DNA of 64,000 nt from a virus, in the IMG/VR virus record IMGVR_UViG_3300002835_000068, positions 1 through 64,000 of that record. The stretch is one strand, 5' to 3'. A program made the position numbers and the translations under genes. Of the stretch, positions 63,775-64,000 are shown piece after piece (position 1 is the first letter of the stretch; every line of letters starts with the position of its first letter). A model generated the notes under the pieces. That model was given only the letters and a program-made list of their open reading frames with translations. It had not been told where the DNA came from and did no database searches.

Positions 63775-64000
63775 ATGACAAAAAGTTTATTACAGCAGAT
63801 TATGGTTAAACAGGAAAAGCCACCAGTGCACTCAGTAGATGTTGCTGGTTTGACTGAAAAGATTCAGTCTGGATATATTGTAAACCGAATTGATAAGCAA
63901 ACACAGAAGAAAACCTTTGCCCCATCTACAATTGCCTACGGGCATGGAGAGTGTCCAAGGTATTGGTATCTTGCATTTGATGGTCAAATGTTTGAGGATG
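63775..64000 (+). CDS. Cas4-like/PD-(D/E)XK exonuclease, partial (runs off window)
   Basis: MTKSLLQQ...FAPSTIAYGHGECPRYWYL; TGCTATACT promoter at 63742-63750. Confidence 0.65.
   Translation, partial: MTKSLLQQIMVKQEKPPVHSVDVAGLTEKIQSGYIVNRIDKQTQKKTFAPSTIAYGHGECPRYWYLAFDGQMFED

Overview
A 64-kb slice of a large, low-GC, long-tailed dsDNA phage (siphovirus-type). The host is most likely actinobacterial, inferred from leaderless TGnTATAAT promoters, a DUF2746-like membrane gene, and a DnaE/RecA/class II RNR replication set. Gene order: small divergent genes and an AT-rich intergenic region with a small hairpin RNA (1-2.6 kb); virion accessory and fibre genes interleaved with protein-modifying enzymes (2.6-19 kb); class II RNR and two 2OG-Fe(II) oxygenases; portal-protease-capsid-neck-tail genes with a 3116-aa tape measure (22-52 kb); then helicase, primase, SSB, DnaE, RecA, resolvase, three more oxygenases and a partial Cas4-like nuclease (52-64 kb). 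No terminase, integrase, tRNA or CRISPR array was recognised. The best candidate for an undescribed system is two virion-type proteins that each carry a Pro-rich low-complexity tract ((VTP)n with Cys modules; (FSPFG)n), then a shared FSFTPxFMx linker, then a ~75%-identical non-canonical C-terminal Hint domain (Ser1, His-Asp end, Gly+1). They sit next to a GT2, a GT61-JmjC fusion and several 2OG-Fe(II) hydroxylases, suggesting phage-encoded hydroxylation, glycosylation and autoprocessing of virion surface proteins. Other notable signals: tail chaperones G and GT encoded as duplicated genes rather than by a frameshift, promoters built out of stop codons, and apparent avoidance of AGCT. All calls come from motif recognition by eye; no searches were run.
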